A stretch of DNA of 64,000 bases from an uncultured cyanobacterium (GTDB lineage Bacteria; Cyanobacteriota; Cyanobacteriia; Cyanobacteriales; CAWCAG01). The stretch covers positions 128,001 to 192,000 of the forward strand of contig CAWDOD010000010.1 in assembly GCA_963803805.1 (NCBI GenBank), given 5' to 3'. The notes under the pieces are model-generated. The model did not search any database. It saw only the letters and a program-made list of their open reading frames with translations, and had not been told where the DNA came from. Position numbers and translations under genes: made by a program. This document shows, piece by piece, positions 1 through 14,992 of this stretch (positions are counted from its first letter, which is position 1; each line of letters opens with the position of its first letter).

Positions 1-653
1 GGGCTGACCGCAAAACTGCTGGTCGTGAATCTATCACAGCTAAATTAGTAGCTAACTTAGTTACCGAGTCGGGGGCTAATCGTATTGTAGCTATGGATTT
101 GCATTCTTCGCAAATTCAAGGCTACTTTGACATTCCTTTGGATCATGTCTATGGTTCTCCTGTACTCTTAGATTATTTAGCCAGCAAAAATTTACCTGAC
201 TTAGTAGTCGTTTCTCCTGATGTAGGAGGTGTTGCTAGAGCAAGGGCCTTTGCTAAAAAGCTTAATGATGCCCCTTTAGCCATTATCGACAAGCGTCGCC
301 AAGCCCACAACGTAGCCGAGGTTATGAATGTTATTGGTGATGTAGCTGGTAAAACAGCCGTCTTAGTTGACGACATGATAGATACTGCTGGCACTATCTG
401 CGAAGCAGCTAGATTACTACGGAAAGAAGGGGCCCGCCAAATTTATGCTTGTGCAACCCATGCTGTATTCTCTCCTCCAGCTATAAGTCGATTATCCGAT
501 GGAACTTTTGAAGAAGTAATTGTTACTAATACAATTCCTTTACCAGAATCCCAAATGTTTGAGCAGTTGAAAATACTTTCTGTAGCTAACTTATTGGGGG
601 AAACTATCTGGCGTGTTCATGAAGATAGCTCTGTGAGCAGTATGTTCCGTTAA
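1..653 (+). CDS. prs: Ribose-phosphate pyrophosphokinase, 5'-truncated by window edge
   Basis: Frame open from position 3 (ADRKTAGRESITAKLVANL...); motifs MDLHS.QIQG.F, VVSPDVGGV.RA, PRPP-binding VLVDDMIDTAGT. Confidence 0.97.
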   Translation, partial: ADRKTAGRESITAKLVANLVTESGANRIVAMDLHSSQIQGYFDIPLDHVYGSPVLLDYLASKNLPDLVVVSPDVGGVARARAFAKKLNDAPLAIIDKRRQAHNVAEVMNVIGDVAGKTAVLVDDMIDTAGTICEAARLLRKEGARQIYACATHAVFSPPAISRLSDGTFEEVIVTNTIPLPESQMFEQLKILSVANLLGETIWRVHEDSSVSSMFR

Positions 654-743
654 CTGAGGAGTAGAGATGGTGTAATAACGTCTCTACTTCATATTTCTTT
701 GCAATCGTTTTAAAATAGAAGCAAAGATATATTTAAAAATATA

Positions 744-1643
744 ATGGCAGATCAATTAATTCGAGCTACTGCTGCAGAGGGGGGAATAAGAGCTGTTGGT
801 GTAATTGCCACGCGCCTTACCAATGAAGCAAGAAAACGGCATCAACTTTCTAATGTGGCAACGGCAGCCTTGGGAAGAACTATGTCTGCCGGGCTTTTGC
901 TTGCTTCTAGTATGAAGCAAGCAAATTCTAGGGTTAATATTCGGATCAAAAGTAACGGGCCATTAGGAGGGATTTTAGTAGATGCTGGCTTAGATGGCAC
1001 TGTTCGAGGCTATGTAGACAATCCAAAAGTTGAGTTACCACCTAACCACAAAGGTAAGCTCGATGTTGGTGGTGCTGTAGGCAAAGAAGGCTACCTTTAT
1101 ATAGTGCGTGATGTTGGCTACGGCTATCCTTATTCTAGTACCGTAGAGCTAGTTTCTGGTGAAATTGGGGATGATATTACTCACTATTTAGTAAGTTCTG
1201 AGCAAACCCCTTCAGCACTTCTGTTAGGAGTATTTGTTAATTCTCAAGGAGCTACAGCTTCTGGAGGATTACTATTGCAAGTTATGCCTAAAGCTGCTAG
1301 AGATGAAGAATTAGTTGCTCAACTAGAATCTCGGATTTCTCAACTTTCTGGTTTTACTCCCTTGCTAAAAATGGGCAAAACTATACCAGAAATTTTTCAA
1401 GATTTACTAGGAGATATGGGATTAAAAATATTCCCAGAAGTACAGATGGTGCATTTTAGTTGCCGCTGTTCTTTCAACAGGGTTCTTGGCGCTCTAAAGA
1501 TGTTAGGAATCGACGAACTTCAGGACATGATTGAGAAAGATAATGGTGCAGAAGCTACTTGCCATTTCTGTGGGGAAGTTTATCATGCTACTGAAGAAGA
1601 CTTAAGCAAGTTAGTAGATGATTTACAGGCTAAGTCTGTTTAG
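744..1643 (+). CDS. hslO: Hsp33 redox-regulated chaperone
   Basis: 299 aa; ALGRTM, SEQTPS, C-terminal zinc motif CRCS...CHFC. Confidence 0.96.
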   Translation: MADQLIRATAAEGGIRAVGVIATRLTNEARKRHQLSNVATAALGRTMSAGLLLASSMKQANSRVNIRIKSNGPLGGILVDAGLDGTVRGYVDNPKVELPPNHKGKLDVGGAVGKEGYLYIVRDVGYGYPYSSTVELVSGEIGDDITHYLVSSEQTPSALLLGVFVNSQGATASGGLLLQVMPKAARDEELVAQLESRISQLSGFTPLLKMGKTIPEIFQDLLGDMGLKIFPEVQMVHFSCRCSFNRVLGALKMLGIDELQDMIEKDNGAEATCHFCGEVYHATEEDLSKLVDDLQAKSV

Positions 1644-2525
1644 GTGAGTTATAGCGAGATTAATTACTCAGTGACAAACAAAAAAAATCTGCGCAAGAAA
1701 GTAAATAAAAATAGTCCTGGCTGGTCTTTAACTCAAAGAGATCCCCAAGTAATTGCCTCTTTAATGCCTTTTTGGGAATGGTTTTATCGCTACTACTTTC
1801 GAGTAGAAACCGATGGCTGGGAGAATATTCCTAATCAAGGTAAATTCTTGTTTGTTGGCTCCCACAACGGAGGCTTGGCATCTCCGGATATGATGATGAT
1901 GATGTATGACTGGTTCTGTCGCTTTGGTACAGAACGCTTGATCTATGGATTAATGCATCCCATCGCTTGGCAAGTTTATCCAGGAGTAACCCAACTAGCT
2001 GCTAAAACTGGAGCAATAATTGCTCATCCTCAAATGGCGATCGCTGCCTTAAAGAAAGACGCTAGCGTATTAGTTTATCCGGGAGGCGCTCAAGATCTCT
2101 TCCGCCCCTATAGTCAGAGAAACAAAATTAACTTTGCTGGTCGCAAGGCTTTCATTAAGCTAGCACTAAGAGAGAAAGTCCCTATCATCCCTGCGATTTC
2201 TATAGGCGCTCACGATACCCTCTTCATACTTGGGGATTTCTACAAACAAGTAGAGGAACTGCATCAACTAGGTATGCCTTGGATTTTGGGGATCGATCCA
2301 GAAGTTTTTCCTATCTACTTAGGGCTACCGTGGGGATTAGCTATTGGTCCTCTACCTAATATTCCCTTGCCTGCCAAAATTTATACCCGTATTTGTTCTC
2401 CAATTATCTTTAAACATTATGGGAGAGAATCTGCTCGCGATCGTACCTATGTTGATGAATGCTATGAGTTGGTAGAAACTACTATGCAGTCAGAATTAAA
2501 TAGTTTGTCAGCAGAAAAAGGCTAA
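1644..2525 (+). CDS. DGAT2-like/PlsC-fold acyltransferase, probably Slr2103-type
   Basis: GSHNGG...PD (HxxxxD-like), YPGG, AFIKLALREKVPIIP; GTG start abuts hslO stop. Confidence 0.8.
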   Translation: MSYSEINYSVTNKKNLRKKVNKNSPGWSLTQRDPQVIASLMPFWEWFYRYYFRVETDGWENIPNQGKFLFVGSHNGGLASPDMMMMMYDWFCRFGTERLIYGLMHPIAWQVYPGVTQLAAKTGAIIAHPQMAIAALKKDASVLVYPGGAQDLFRPYSQRNKINFAGRKAFIKLALREKVPIIPAISIGAHDTLFILGDFYKQVEELHQLGMPWILGIDPEVFPIYLGLPWGLAIGPLPNIPLPAKIYTRICSPIIFKHYGRESARDRTYVDECYELVETTMQSELNSLSAEKG

Positions 2526-2608
2526 AGTTCCAAAGTCCAAAAGTCTTATTTGTGTGGTGTTGAGAGTAGATGGGGGAGGTTAGAGAGATATTTATTTTTG
2601 AAAAGGTA

Positions 2609-2637
2609 TTGACAAAGGATGTGAGGGTGAGTATATT
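2609..2637 (+). promoter_or_regulatory. Sigma70-type rrn promoter, operon 1
   Basis: TTGACA (2609-2614), 17 bp spacer, TATATT (2632-2637), AT-rich tract upstream, ~200 bp before 16S. Confidence 0.85.
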
Positions 2638-2841
2638 GGTAAATGCGCGGTTGAAAGGACTTGCTTCTTTCAGCGCCAGCACCTGGAAAAAACAATAGTT
2701 TGAAAGCAGTGCGAACCAAGCAAATGTTTTGCTTTTGAAGAAAGCGAAATAGATTGCGAAGAACCTTCGTCAAAGAAATGAATAAGAAGTAGCTACATTG
2801 TAAAAGGTGTAGTTATAAAGAGCTTAAGAACTCAAACCATA

Positions 2842-4329
<1,488 letters not shown>

Positions 4330-4452
4330 TAGGGAGACCAGTTTTCAGTTCTCAACCCAATTGTATTGAGGAGACTGAAAACCATCCCAAGGTCGTTCGA
4401 AGGAAATAGGGGAGTAAAGCTTTCAAACTAAAGTTCAGGTGAACCTAATAAA

Positions 4453-4526
<74 letters not shown>

Positions 4527-4541
4527 CCACCAACTAAGATT

Positions 4542-4614
4542 GGGGGTATAGCTCAGTTGGTAGAGCGCCTGCTTTGCAAGCAGGATGTCAGCGGTTCAAG
4601 TCCGCTTACCTCCA
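4542..4614 (+). tRNA. trnA: tRNA-Ala(TGC), copy 1
   Basis: GGGGGTATAGCTCAG...TTTGCAA...GGTTCAAGTCC...CTCCA, then CCA. Confidence 0.98.
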
Positions 4615-4705
4615 CCAAAAGAAAAGATTGAAATAAATTCAGCACCTTGTCTAACTTCAGGAAATTTCCGAGAGTAGAGAGTCTGCTGGGTAATATATCC
4701 AGTCA

Positions 4706-4720
4706 GAACCTTGAAAACTG
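4706..4720 (+). promoter_or_regulatory. ITS antitermination boxA, preceded by a boxB-like CAGCA...TGCTG helix
   Basis: GAACCTTGAAAACTG matches the cyanobacterial ITS boxA. Confidence 0.8.
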
Positions 4721-4829
4721 CATAAGAAACAGAGTAGAAAGTAACAAATGAAAAGGTAGTAAGTGAATGCCCTACTTGATAAGAGTAGAGAGCATTTGCT
4801 TGCACGTATCTTCAAATTTTAAGCAACTT

Positions 4830-7663
<2,834 letters not shown>

Positions 7664-7727
7664 ACTTCTACTTTGTTTCTTTGCAGTCTTGAGGGTTTTG
7701 TTTCTCAACAATGCAAGACCATTTCTT

Positions 7728-7846
7728 GCCTGGTGTATTTAGTGCAGTGGCACCACTTCGATTCCATCCCGAACTCGACTGTGAAACTCTGTTGCGGCGA
7801 CGATACTTTGAGGGTTGCCTCCTGGGACAATAGCTCTTCGCCAGGC
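7728..7846 (+). rRNA. rrf: 5S rRNA, copy 1
   Basis: GCCTGG...CCATCCCGAACTC...GTGAAA...CCAGGC with paired ends. Confidence 0.96.
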
Positions 7847-7862
7847 TCTCTATTTTAACATT

Positions 7863-7899
7863 AAAGACTCCTCTAACACCTAGAGGGGTCTTTTGTTTT
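7863..7899 (+). terminator. Intrinsic terminator of rrn operon 1
   Basis: AAAGACTCCTCTA-acacc-TAGAGGGGTCTTT followed by T tract. Confidence 0.9.
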
Positions 7900-8093
7900 A
7901 AATCGCCTAGTTTGTTAGCTTAAGTGACTTTTCTTTCATCAGGCATATAATCACAAGAAAGATTTTTGTCTTTGAAGTATTGATTTAGCAAAATCATTGT
8001 GGCAGTAAAGATAAGTCTAGGGTTAGTTAAAACAATTAAAATAAGAACCAGGTATCTTTACTGCAGTAAAATCTGGAACTATTTAGGATGTAA

Positions 8094-9737
8094 ATGTTTT
8101 CCTTAACTCAAAATACTTCTCGACAGCGCGAAATCCTTGAAGTTGTCTTTAGCAATGGCTGGGACTATATGCGAGGACTCCTAACAGGAAGCAAAAACGA
8201 CGAACCTCGCCTTCCTTCTCCTACAGTTCTCCGCAATATTTTAATCGAACTAGGTCCTGTTTACGTTAAACTTGGACAACTTCTTTCCACTCGCCCTGAT
8301 CTTCTACCGGGAAAGTATGTTGATGCCCTTACAGACTTGCAAGCGAATGTACCTCCAGTAACTTGGTTAGAAGTTGAAACTCTACTTCGCCAACAATTGT
8401 CTCAATCCTTAGAAGAGACTTTTACCGTTGTTGAAACTGAAGCTGTAGCAGCAGGTTCTATTGGTCAAGTTCACCGTGCTACTTTAGCTAATGGGCAAGA
8501 AGTGGCTTTGAAGGTGCAACGCCCTGGTATTGGCGAGGTTGTAGACCGAGATATCTCCTTAATTAAAAGTTTGGCAGAGTTGGTTTCTTTAACAGAGTTT
8601 GGTAAAGATTACGATATGGTAGCTTTAGCTGAGGAATTTACTACTGCTTTAAAAGCCGAGTTGGATTTTACTACTGAGGCTAAATATACTGACCAATTAA
8701 GTCTGAATCTTTCTAAAAGTAAGTGGTTTGAGCCAGAGCAAATATTGGTACCGAAAGTGTACTGGGAATTAACCACCCCAAAGTTATTAGTTTTAGAATG
8801 GCTGGACGGTGTTCCTTTACTTCAATCAGATTTATCTCAAGCTGATTCTGAGCAAGATAAGGAAAGAAACGAAGTTACTACTTTGTTATTTCGGGCTTTT
8901 TTCCAACAAGTTTATATTGATGGTTTTTTTCATGCTGATCCCCATCCCGGCAATCTTTTTTATCTTCATGATGGCAAGCTTGCTCTTTTAGATTGTGGTA
9001 TGGTGGGGCGTTTAGATCCCCGCACTCAGCAAATTCTCACAGAAATGCTGCTAGCTATTGTTGATATTGATGCTCAGCGTTGCTCTCAGTTAACTTTGGA
9101 ACTTGCTGAATCTGGGCAACCTGTTAGTTTAGATCGCTTAGAAAATGATTATGATCGAATGCTGCGTAAGTACCACAACCTCAGCTTGTCTCAAATTAAC
9201 TTTAGCGAAGTATTTTACGAAATTCTCCAAGTTTCCCGCAATAATAAAGTTCGCTTGCCTAGTAACATGGGCTTATATGCTAAGACCCTAGCTAATTTAG
9301 AAGGAGTTGCTAGAGGCTTTAATCCCAAGGTTAACCTTTTAGAAGAAGTTAAACCTTTAATGGCAGATTTATTTCGCCGTCAACTTCTAGGGGATACCCC
9401 CTTAGAAACTTTTTTAAGAACAACATTGGATATTAAAAGTCTTTCTTTGCGAGCGCCTCGTTTAGTAGAGTTACTTTTAGATCGAATAACTTCAGAAAGT
9501 CTGAAGTGGAATATACATTTGCAAGATTTGACTTCTTTAAGGCATAGTCTTGATGATTCGGCTAACCGCCTTTCTTTTAGTATTTTAGTTGGTTCGTTGA
9601 TTATGGGAGCAGCAATTATTTCTACAGGTTCGCAAACACCCCAATTATCTTTGATTACGAGTGTTCTTTTCGCTGTAGCTAGTTTTTTGGGTTTATGGCT
9701 AATTGTGAGTATTTTAAGGTCGGGGCGTTTGAGGTGA
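8094..9737 (+). CDS. AarF/ABC1/UbiB atypical kinase family protein
   Basis: LGPVYVKLGQLLSTRPD, AAGSIGQVHRA, VALKVQRP, FFHADPHPGN, LLDCGM; two C-terminal TM helices. Confidence 0.95.
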   Translation: MFSLTQNTSRQREILEVVFSNGWDYMRGLLTGSKNDEPRLPSPTVLRNILIELGPVYVKLGQLLSTRPDLLPGKYVDALTDLQANVPPVTWLEVETLLRQQLSQSLEETFTVVETEAVAAGSIGQVHRATLANGQEVALKVQRPGIGEVVDRDISLIKSLAELVSLTEFGKDYDMVALAEEFTTALKAELDFTTEAKYTDQLSLNLSKSKWFEPEQILVPKVYWELTTPKLLVLEWLDGVPLLQSDLSQADSEQDKERNEVTTLLFRAFFQQVYIDGFFHADPHPGNLFYLHDGKLALLDCGMVGRLDPRTQQILTEMLLAIVDIDAQRCSQLTLELAESGQPVSLDRLENDYDRMLRKYHNLSLSQINFSEVFYEILQVSRNNKVRLPSNMGLYAKTLANLEGVARGFNPKVNLLEEVKPLMADLFRRQLLGDTPLETFLRTTLDIKSLSLRAPRLVELLLDRITSESLKWNIHLQDLTSLRHSLDDSANRLSFSILVGSLIMGAAIISTGSQTPQLSLITSVLFAVASFLGLWLIVSILRSGRLR

Positions 9738-9785
9738 GAGATGACAATTTACACACTCCAATAATTAATCAACATCAATTATAAA

Positions 9786-11177
9786 ATGGTTATGAATAGC
9801 CTTCGACCTTTTCCAAAAAAGATATGGAATAAACTCGTTGCTCTATTAGCTGTTGCTAATCTCCTTTTAGTCTTATTTAACCTCAGCTACATTCCACTTA
9901 GGGATATTTATTTACGACAAATTCCTACTTTAGTGAGTTTATATGATCCTATTAAAAGTATTGAACCCCACCCTGATACTAGTCGCTATTTAAACACAGT
10001 AGATATTTTAGTCAAAAAACTTCCTAAAGTAGGATTATCAGATCCAGAAACCACAGAAATTTTCGCTCTATTGCGACAACAAAGTACGGATATGTTAGCA
10101 GAAAATCCTTTTTCTGTCGCTAACAAATTTGGTACTTTTGCGAAATTGAAACGGCGCATTAAATATCATCTCAATACTCAATCAGCAAAAGAAGCTTTTA
10201 ATCAATTTTGGACTCAAACCTACTTTTCTCAAGTAACTCCTCCTGAAGCATTAGAATTCTTTAATCGTAAACTGCGTCCTCTATTAGAAGTTAACTATTA
10301 CCGTTCTGTAGATGAAAATGGTCAATTTATTGATGACTTTTGGCGCATTGATTTGTATTTCATTGTTTTTTTTGGTCTAGAATTGCTCATCAGAAGCTTT
10401 AGGAAATCTCGACAAAGAGAAGATTTAACCTGGGGGGATGCCCTCCTACGCAACTGGTACGATGGACTGATGTTGCTTCCTACCTGGCGTTGGTTAAGAA
10501 TTGTTCCGGTAGCAGTACGCTTACATAAATCTGGCTTAATTAACTTAGAACGTATCCTTGCCCAAGTTACCCACGAACCTTCTGCTTACCTAGCTGATAG
10601 GGTAGGGATGTTTTTAATGGTACGTTTAATTAATCAAACCCAGGAAGCAATACAAACTGGAGAAGTCGCTAAAATGCTGCTGCAACCAGGGGATTATATT
10701 CAAGTTAGCGATGTAGATAAAGTAGATGCAATTTTAGATCGTATTTTGCAAATCGCCATTTATAAGGCTGTTCCTCAAGTCCAACCAGAATTAGAGTCTC
10801 TGTTGCATCATAGTTTAAAAGGAGCCTTCAAGCGCTCAGATTTTTACCATGCCCTACAACAAATACCAGGGCTTGCTGCCCTACCTCAAGAAGCTACCGA
10901 ACAGCTAGCTGATTATTTATCCCAAGCAGCCTATGAGGTGCTAGCTACTTCCTATGGGGATGTTCAAGGAAGAGAATTATTTGAGAATCTAACCACGAAG
11001 TTCAAACAAGTTCTGCGGCAAGAGTTACAAGATGAAAAAACTCAAGCAGAGCTTCAATCTTTGTTAGCTGATTTACTTGAAGAAGTTAAATTAAATTATA
11101 TCCAAGGTGCGAAAGAAGATGATCCAGAAGAGATTTTAGCCGAAGCAGAAGAGTTACGCGATCGCCTAGAAAGATAA
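9786..11177 (+). CDS. Hypothetical membrane protein
   Basis: 463-aa ORF with several hydrophobic segments and a helical C-terminus; probably co-transcribed with the ABC1 kinase. Confidence 0.75.
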   Translation: MVMNSLRPFPKKIWNKLVALLAVANLLLVLFNLSYIPLRDIYLRQIPTLVSLYDPIKSIEPHPDTSRYLNTVDILVKKLPKVGLSDPETTEIFALLRQQSTDMLAENPFSVANKFGTFAKLKRRIKYHLNTQSAKEAFNQFWTQTYFSQVTPPEALEFFNRKLRPLLEVNYYRSVDENGQFIDDFWRIDLYFIVFFGLELLIRSFRKSRQREDLTWGDALLRNWYDGLMLLPTWRWLRIVPVAVRLHKSGLINLERILAQVTHEPSAYLADRVGMFLMVRLINQTQEAIQTGEVAKMLLQPGDYIQVSDVDKVDAILDRILQIAIYKAVPQVQPELESLLHHSLKGAFKRSDFYHALQQIPGLAALPQEATEQLADYLSQAAYEVLATSYGDVQGRELFENLTTKFKQVLRQELQDEKTQAELQSLLADLLEEVKLNYIQGAKEDDPEEILAEAEELRDRLER

Positions 11178-11329
11178 ATTTGAGATTGCTTTTTCCTTCC
11201 TTGACATGATATTATGTATATGGTGGATAAGGTGCGCTCCTAAAAATCATTACTTTTAACTAAAACTTGATAAACTCCACAGCAACTTATTGAAAAATTT
11301 AGGTGAGCTAAAATTTTCCTAAAGTGACA

Positions 11330-14300
11330 TCAAGATTGAGCCAAAATCAAGTTAAGGATGTTCAATTCTTTAGAGTTCATTAGATATTTATCGCTAAAAG
11401 ACTTATTTCTCATTTCTCTAAGGCTATAACTACGAAAGAACAAAAAAGGGAATTTTTCGTATTTATAACCTATGGGAGCAACTTGACCAATAGAAAAGAT
11501 TGAGTTTACATAAAATTCGAGAAGCTGACGAAATCTTTGATCCTCTGGTTCGATTTCTTGGTTGCTAAAATAAACTGAAAAAACATCACCTACTAAAAAA
11601 ATAAACAAAGGAACAGCATAATATTGGTCAGGGTATTGGCTATCTTGTTCTAATCTTTGGTGGCGATGCTTCTGTTGTTCTAGTTCTTCTACTAGTTGTA
11701 AGGTTTTCCGAATTAAAGCCTTGGTACTTTCTGAAAGGTAATGCTCTTGTTGTAGTTCTGATAATATTTCAGCCAAATTTATAGTCTGCTCATCTATCTT
11801 AAGTCGATAAACTTCTTCTACTTTTTTATCAACCAAAGGTACTAATAGTAAGCTACCAGCTACGTAGCCTGCTTGAATAGGTGGGAAATTGAGCAGATTA
11901 TCTAAACTGCCATCAATTGGTTTAATAAATTCCTGACGGATATTTTCTAGCAACTTCAAATAAGATAAGCCATTTTCGGTAGCTTGATTAGCAGTATTAT
12001 AAATAGTAATTTCTGTTGTCTTCATCAACTCTTCTAAGCGCTGATAAGCTTGTTGTAGCTGCAAATTATTGCTGCGCTTTTGATGTTCTTTCCTAAGTCT
12101 TTTAATCAAGTTTTTGACTTTGTTACTTAAAGATTCACCTGCTGTAGAAATAGATTTCCCTCCCACGGGAATCATCATATATTTTTCATTAGCGATATTA
12201 CCATAACCGAATATTCTTGTTTTAATTGAAACCTGAAGTATAATTAAGAAGTTAAGTATATTTAGTTTACTTTCTTGTAAGGCGAATTTACGATCGTCGG
12301 CATCTTCTAAATAGTAAACTGCTTGTTCGGTGATATAAAAGATTAACTGCTGTTCTTCTGCGTCTATTTCAGTATTTCCTCTACCTCTATAAATTACTTG
12401 AATTACTTCCATTAAGTTAGCTTCAATTTCAAAGCGAGGTAGTTCAACTAAGATATGTTTGGCACGAGGAAAAGATAAGCCGCGACTAGCAGAAGCTGTC
12501 ATGAAAATGAAGTTTACCTTGTTTTTGTATTGAGGTATTGTTTGTTTCTCTGATTCTGATAAATCAGCGTGTATTTCTAGATAATCTTGATAAGGAGTGA
12601 ATTTTCCTTTATGTTTTTGAAGAGTATTAATTAAACTGCGTAATCTTAATTTGTCTTGAATATAAATAATTATTTGTTCTGTAGGGAAGTTAGAAGTAAT
12701 TTTATCAATATCTTTAATTATTTCGTCTTGGCATTTATCTTCTAAATCATATTTTTTGATACTATATAATTTTTTATTCTTCTCTTGAGATTTTAAGGAG
12801 TGGATGAAAGTTTTATAGGTGATTTGTAAACTTTTAGCAGGATAAGAGTTGGTATTGATGGCAACGGCTTGATTGTTATTGAAAGCGAAAGATTCTTTAG
12901 TCAGACAGTGATCATTTTTTACTGCTTTGCGGAAAAATATTTTGTTAGGTTCTGCCGTATGATCTGATAGATGTTGTTGAATAACGTCTGTTTCTACAAG
13001 GGAGGCATCTGCAACAATAATTTTGGTATTAAAATAGTTCCGGTTAGTTAATCCATATTGCTTTAATTTTTGACTTACTCCTAATAAGAAATTCACGCCA
13101 CTAGAGTCCCCTGTAATTTCATCAATGGCAATAAAAATATGTTTAACCTTTTGAGATAATTGCTGTAGTTTTGCTTCAATAGGTTTGTTATCAGTTTGAC
13201 TATAAACATCCCTAAAGATGCGTCTAAGATGATGTAATGTGTTGCCACCAGTAGATAGTTGTTTTAGTGACTGTATGGCAATAGTAGCGATTATATTGTT
13301 ATGACCGTTATTAAGAAGGCTGTAAATAGCTTCGGACATACTATGCAACACCCCTTTTCTATTACTGCCACTATCTTGTAGGCGAGTTGCAGTTTTTCTG
13401 GTGATGCCTTCAGATTTATGAGGAGTAAATTTTATTTCTTTACCTTGAGGAATAAAATCTACAGCTTGTAAGGCAAAAGAATCATTCCTAGTGTTATTAC
13501 AATATTGTACAGTTAATTTACCTTGATTTTTGCTAATTAAGATAGAGTCAGTGTTGATTAAAATTAGGAGATCATCGCATAGCGAATTTTCCTGAGAATC
13601 TGTTTTGAATTTTTCAATAATATCTAGATTAACTTGAATACGAGGGCTGATATATAAAAATAGAAATCCTTCTTTCAAAATCTGGCTTTGTTTGAGAAAG
13701 TTACTAATCGCTGTAGTTTTACCAATACCAGGATTCCCAGTTAAAAAGACATATAAACTCTCGTCATTTAAAGACAGGGATTGTTGAATTAATTCACCAT
13801 GGGCTTGTTGTAAATTCAATTCAGGTGATAAATTCAAGCCCTTAGCAATGTGATTAGGAATAGTATCTAAGTAGCTATTAAAATCGGTAAAGCTTTCTTG
13901 ATGTGTTACTAAATGTATACCATCCTTAGATATACTTAAAAGCTCATCAACAAACTTTTCTCCATCGGCAAAGCTTCTTTTCGCTTTTCGCCTAATAACT
14001 TTTAAGACTTGTTCTCTTGCTGAAGTTATTTCTTCTGGCAAGTGCTTTTGGCGATAAATATGATAGCAGGTTTCTAAAAGCCCAAGGTTATCTTGCTGAA
14101 GACATAGAGAAGCAGAGTCGCGATCACTATAACCAATAAGGTTAAAAGTCACTTCATCTTCTGGTGAGATTTGTTGCTGAGATTTTAGCCAATTCCAGAA
14201 GCTATAAGCATAACTTCCAGCTTGGATAGTCTTCATAGTTTCTTTGTCTTTGCAAACAAAAGCTTTATAATATTGAGACAAGCTTTCTGACAATAAAGGC

Positions 14301-14992
14301 TGGTTATTTTTACTATCTAAGCCCAAGTTAGCAAAGACGCTTTTAGATTTGAGGTAAATAATGTTGCTAAGGAGAATTTGGCGTAATACTTCTATATTAT
14401 TTAAGTCAGCTAAATCTCTAATCGATTTGATAGAAAAAATCGAATAATCGAGAACTAAGATTCTTACTTGATGTCGATAGCGAAAGTAAATCAAGCTATC
14501 GGCTTTAAAAAACTCTCCTGTTTGACTATATTTGTTCGTATCTACATTACTAATATCTATTCCTAGCTCCCTAAATTGAGATAACCAATCTCTATATACC
14601 TGATCATCTCCTTTATAATAAGTATTCAAGCTATTATCGTCAGCAAAGCAGCATTGAAAATAAACAACTTGTATTCGCTTTAGTTTGCGTGAACTATTCC
14701 AACCAATAGCAGTGAAGTACTCGTCTAAAAAATTCAATCCTGCTAAAAAGCTTTTTTGTAAAAAAAAGGTTGCCCATTGCTTAATAACGCCTCTATCTTG
14801 CTGGCTAATTACCCCCACCTCATCTATTAACTTACGAACAATTTTCGGAAAGCCAACCTGTGCCAAATCTTCTTTATAAAAATCAGCATAATTACATTTA
14901 ATCTCTTTTTGCTTAAGATAAGTCAGCATACCGATATTAAAGCCAACTTCAAAAATACGACCTAAGTTTTGACCTAAGTTAGTATTGTTCAT
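11330..14992 (-). CDS. Large SF2 helicase with uncharacterised, possibly nuclease-like N-terminal domain
   Basis: Walker A TGNPGIGKTT, Ia LYISPR, Walker B IAIDEITG, III VADAS, IV IIIYIQDK, V MTASASRGLSFP, VI QVIYRGRG; ATG at 14992 overlaps the upstream stop (ATGA); ORF could start at 14998. Confidence 0.88.
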   Translation of the reverse strand: MNNTNLGQNLGRIFEVGFNIGMLTYLKQKEIKCNYADFYKEDLAQVGFPKIVRKLIDEVGVISQQDRGVIKQWATFFLQKSFLAGLNFLDEYFTAIGWNSSRKLKRIQVVYFQCCFADDNSLNTYYKGDDQVYRDWLSQFRELGIDISNVDTNKYSQTGEFFKADSLIYFRYRHQVRILVLDYSIFSIKSIRDLADLNNIEVLRQILLSNIIYLKSKSVFANLGLDSKNNQPLLSESLSQYYKAFVCKDKETMKTIQAGSYAYSFWNWLKSQQQISPEDEVTFNLIGYSDRDSASLCLQQDNLGLLETCYHIYRQKHLPEEITSAREQVLKVIRRKAKRSFADGEKFVDELLSISKDGIHLVTHQESFTDFNSYLDTIPNHIAKGLNLSPELNLQQAHGELIQQSLSLNDESLYVFLTGNPGIGKTTAISNFLKQSQILKEGFLFLYISPRIQVNLDIIEKFKTDSQENSLCDDLLILINTDSILISKNQGKLTVQYCNNTRNDSFALQAVDFIPQGKEIKFTPHKSEGITRKTATRLQDSGSNRKGVLHSMSEAIYSLLNNGHNNIIATIAIQSLKQLSTGGNTLHHLRRIFRDVYSQTDNKPIEAKLQQLSQKVKHIFIAIDEITGDSSGVNFLLGVSQKLKQYGLTNRNYFNTKIIVADASLVETDVIQQHLSDHTAEPNKIFFRKAVKNDHCLTKESFAFNNNQAVAINTNSYPAKSLQITYKTFIHSLKSQEKNKKLYSIKKYDLEDKCQDEIIKDIDKITSNFPTEQIIIYIQDKLRLRSLINTLQKHKGKFTPYQDYLEIHADLSESEKQTIPQYKNKVNFIFMTASASRGLSFPRAKHILVELPRFEIEANLMEVIQVIYRGRGNTEIDAEEQQLIFYITEQAVYYLEDADDRKFALQESKLNILNFLIILQVSIKTRIFGYGNIANEKYMMIPVGGKSISTAGESLSNKVKNLIKRLRKEHQKRSNNLQLQQAYQRLEELMKTTEITIYNTANQATENGLSYLKLLENIRQEFIKPIDGSLDNLLNFPPIQAGYVAGSLLLVPLVDKKVEEVYRLKIDEQTINLAEILSELQQEHYLSESTKALIRKTLQLVEELEQQKHRHQRLEQDSQYPDQYYAVPLFIFLVGDVFSVYFSNQEIEPEDQRFRQLLEFYVNSIFSIGQVAPIGYKYEKFPFLFFRSYSLREMRNKSFSDKYLMNSKELNILNLILAQS

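Noticed and set aside
11178-11329. Searched for a CRISPR-like or guide array and a promoter downstream of the helicase (TTGACA at 11201)
   Set aside because: No repeat-spacer periodicity here or at 18043-18344; no -10 box at proper spacing.
11330-14992. Helicase as Cas3, type I/III R-M subunit or DndH-like protein
   Set aside because: No HD domain, cas genes, methyltransferase motifs or dnd genes seen nearby.
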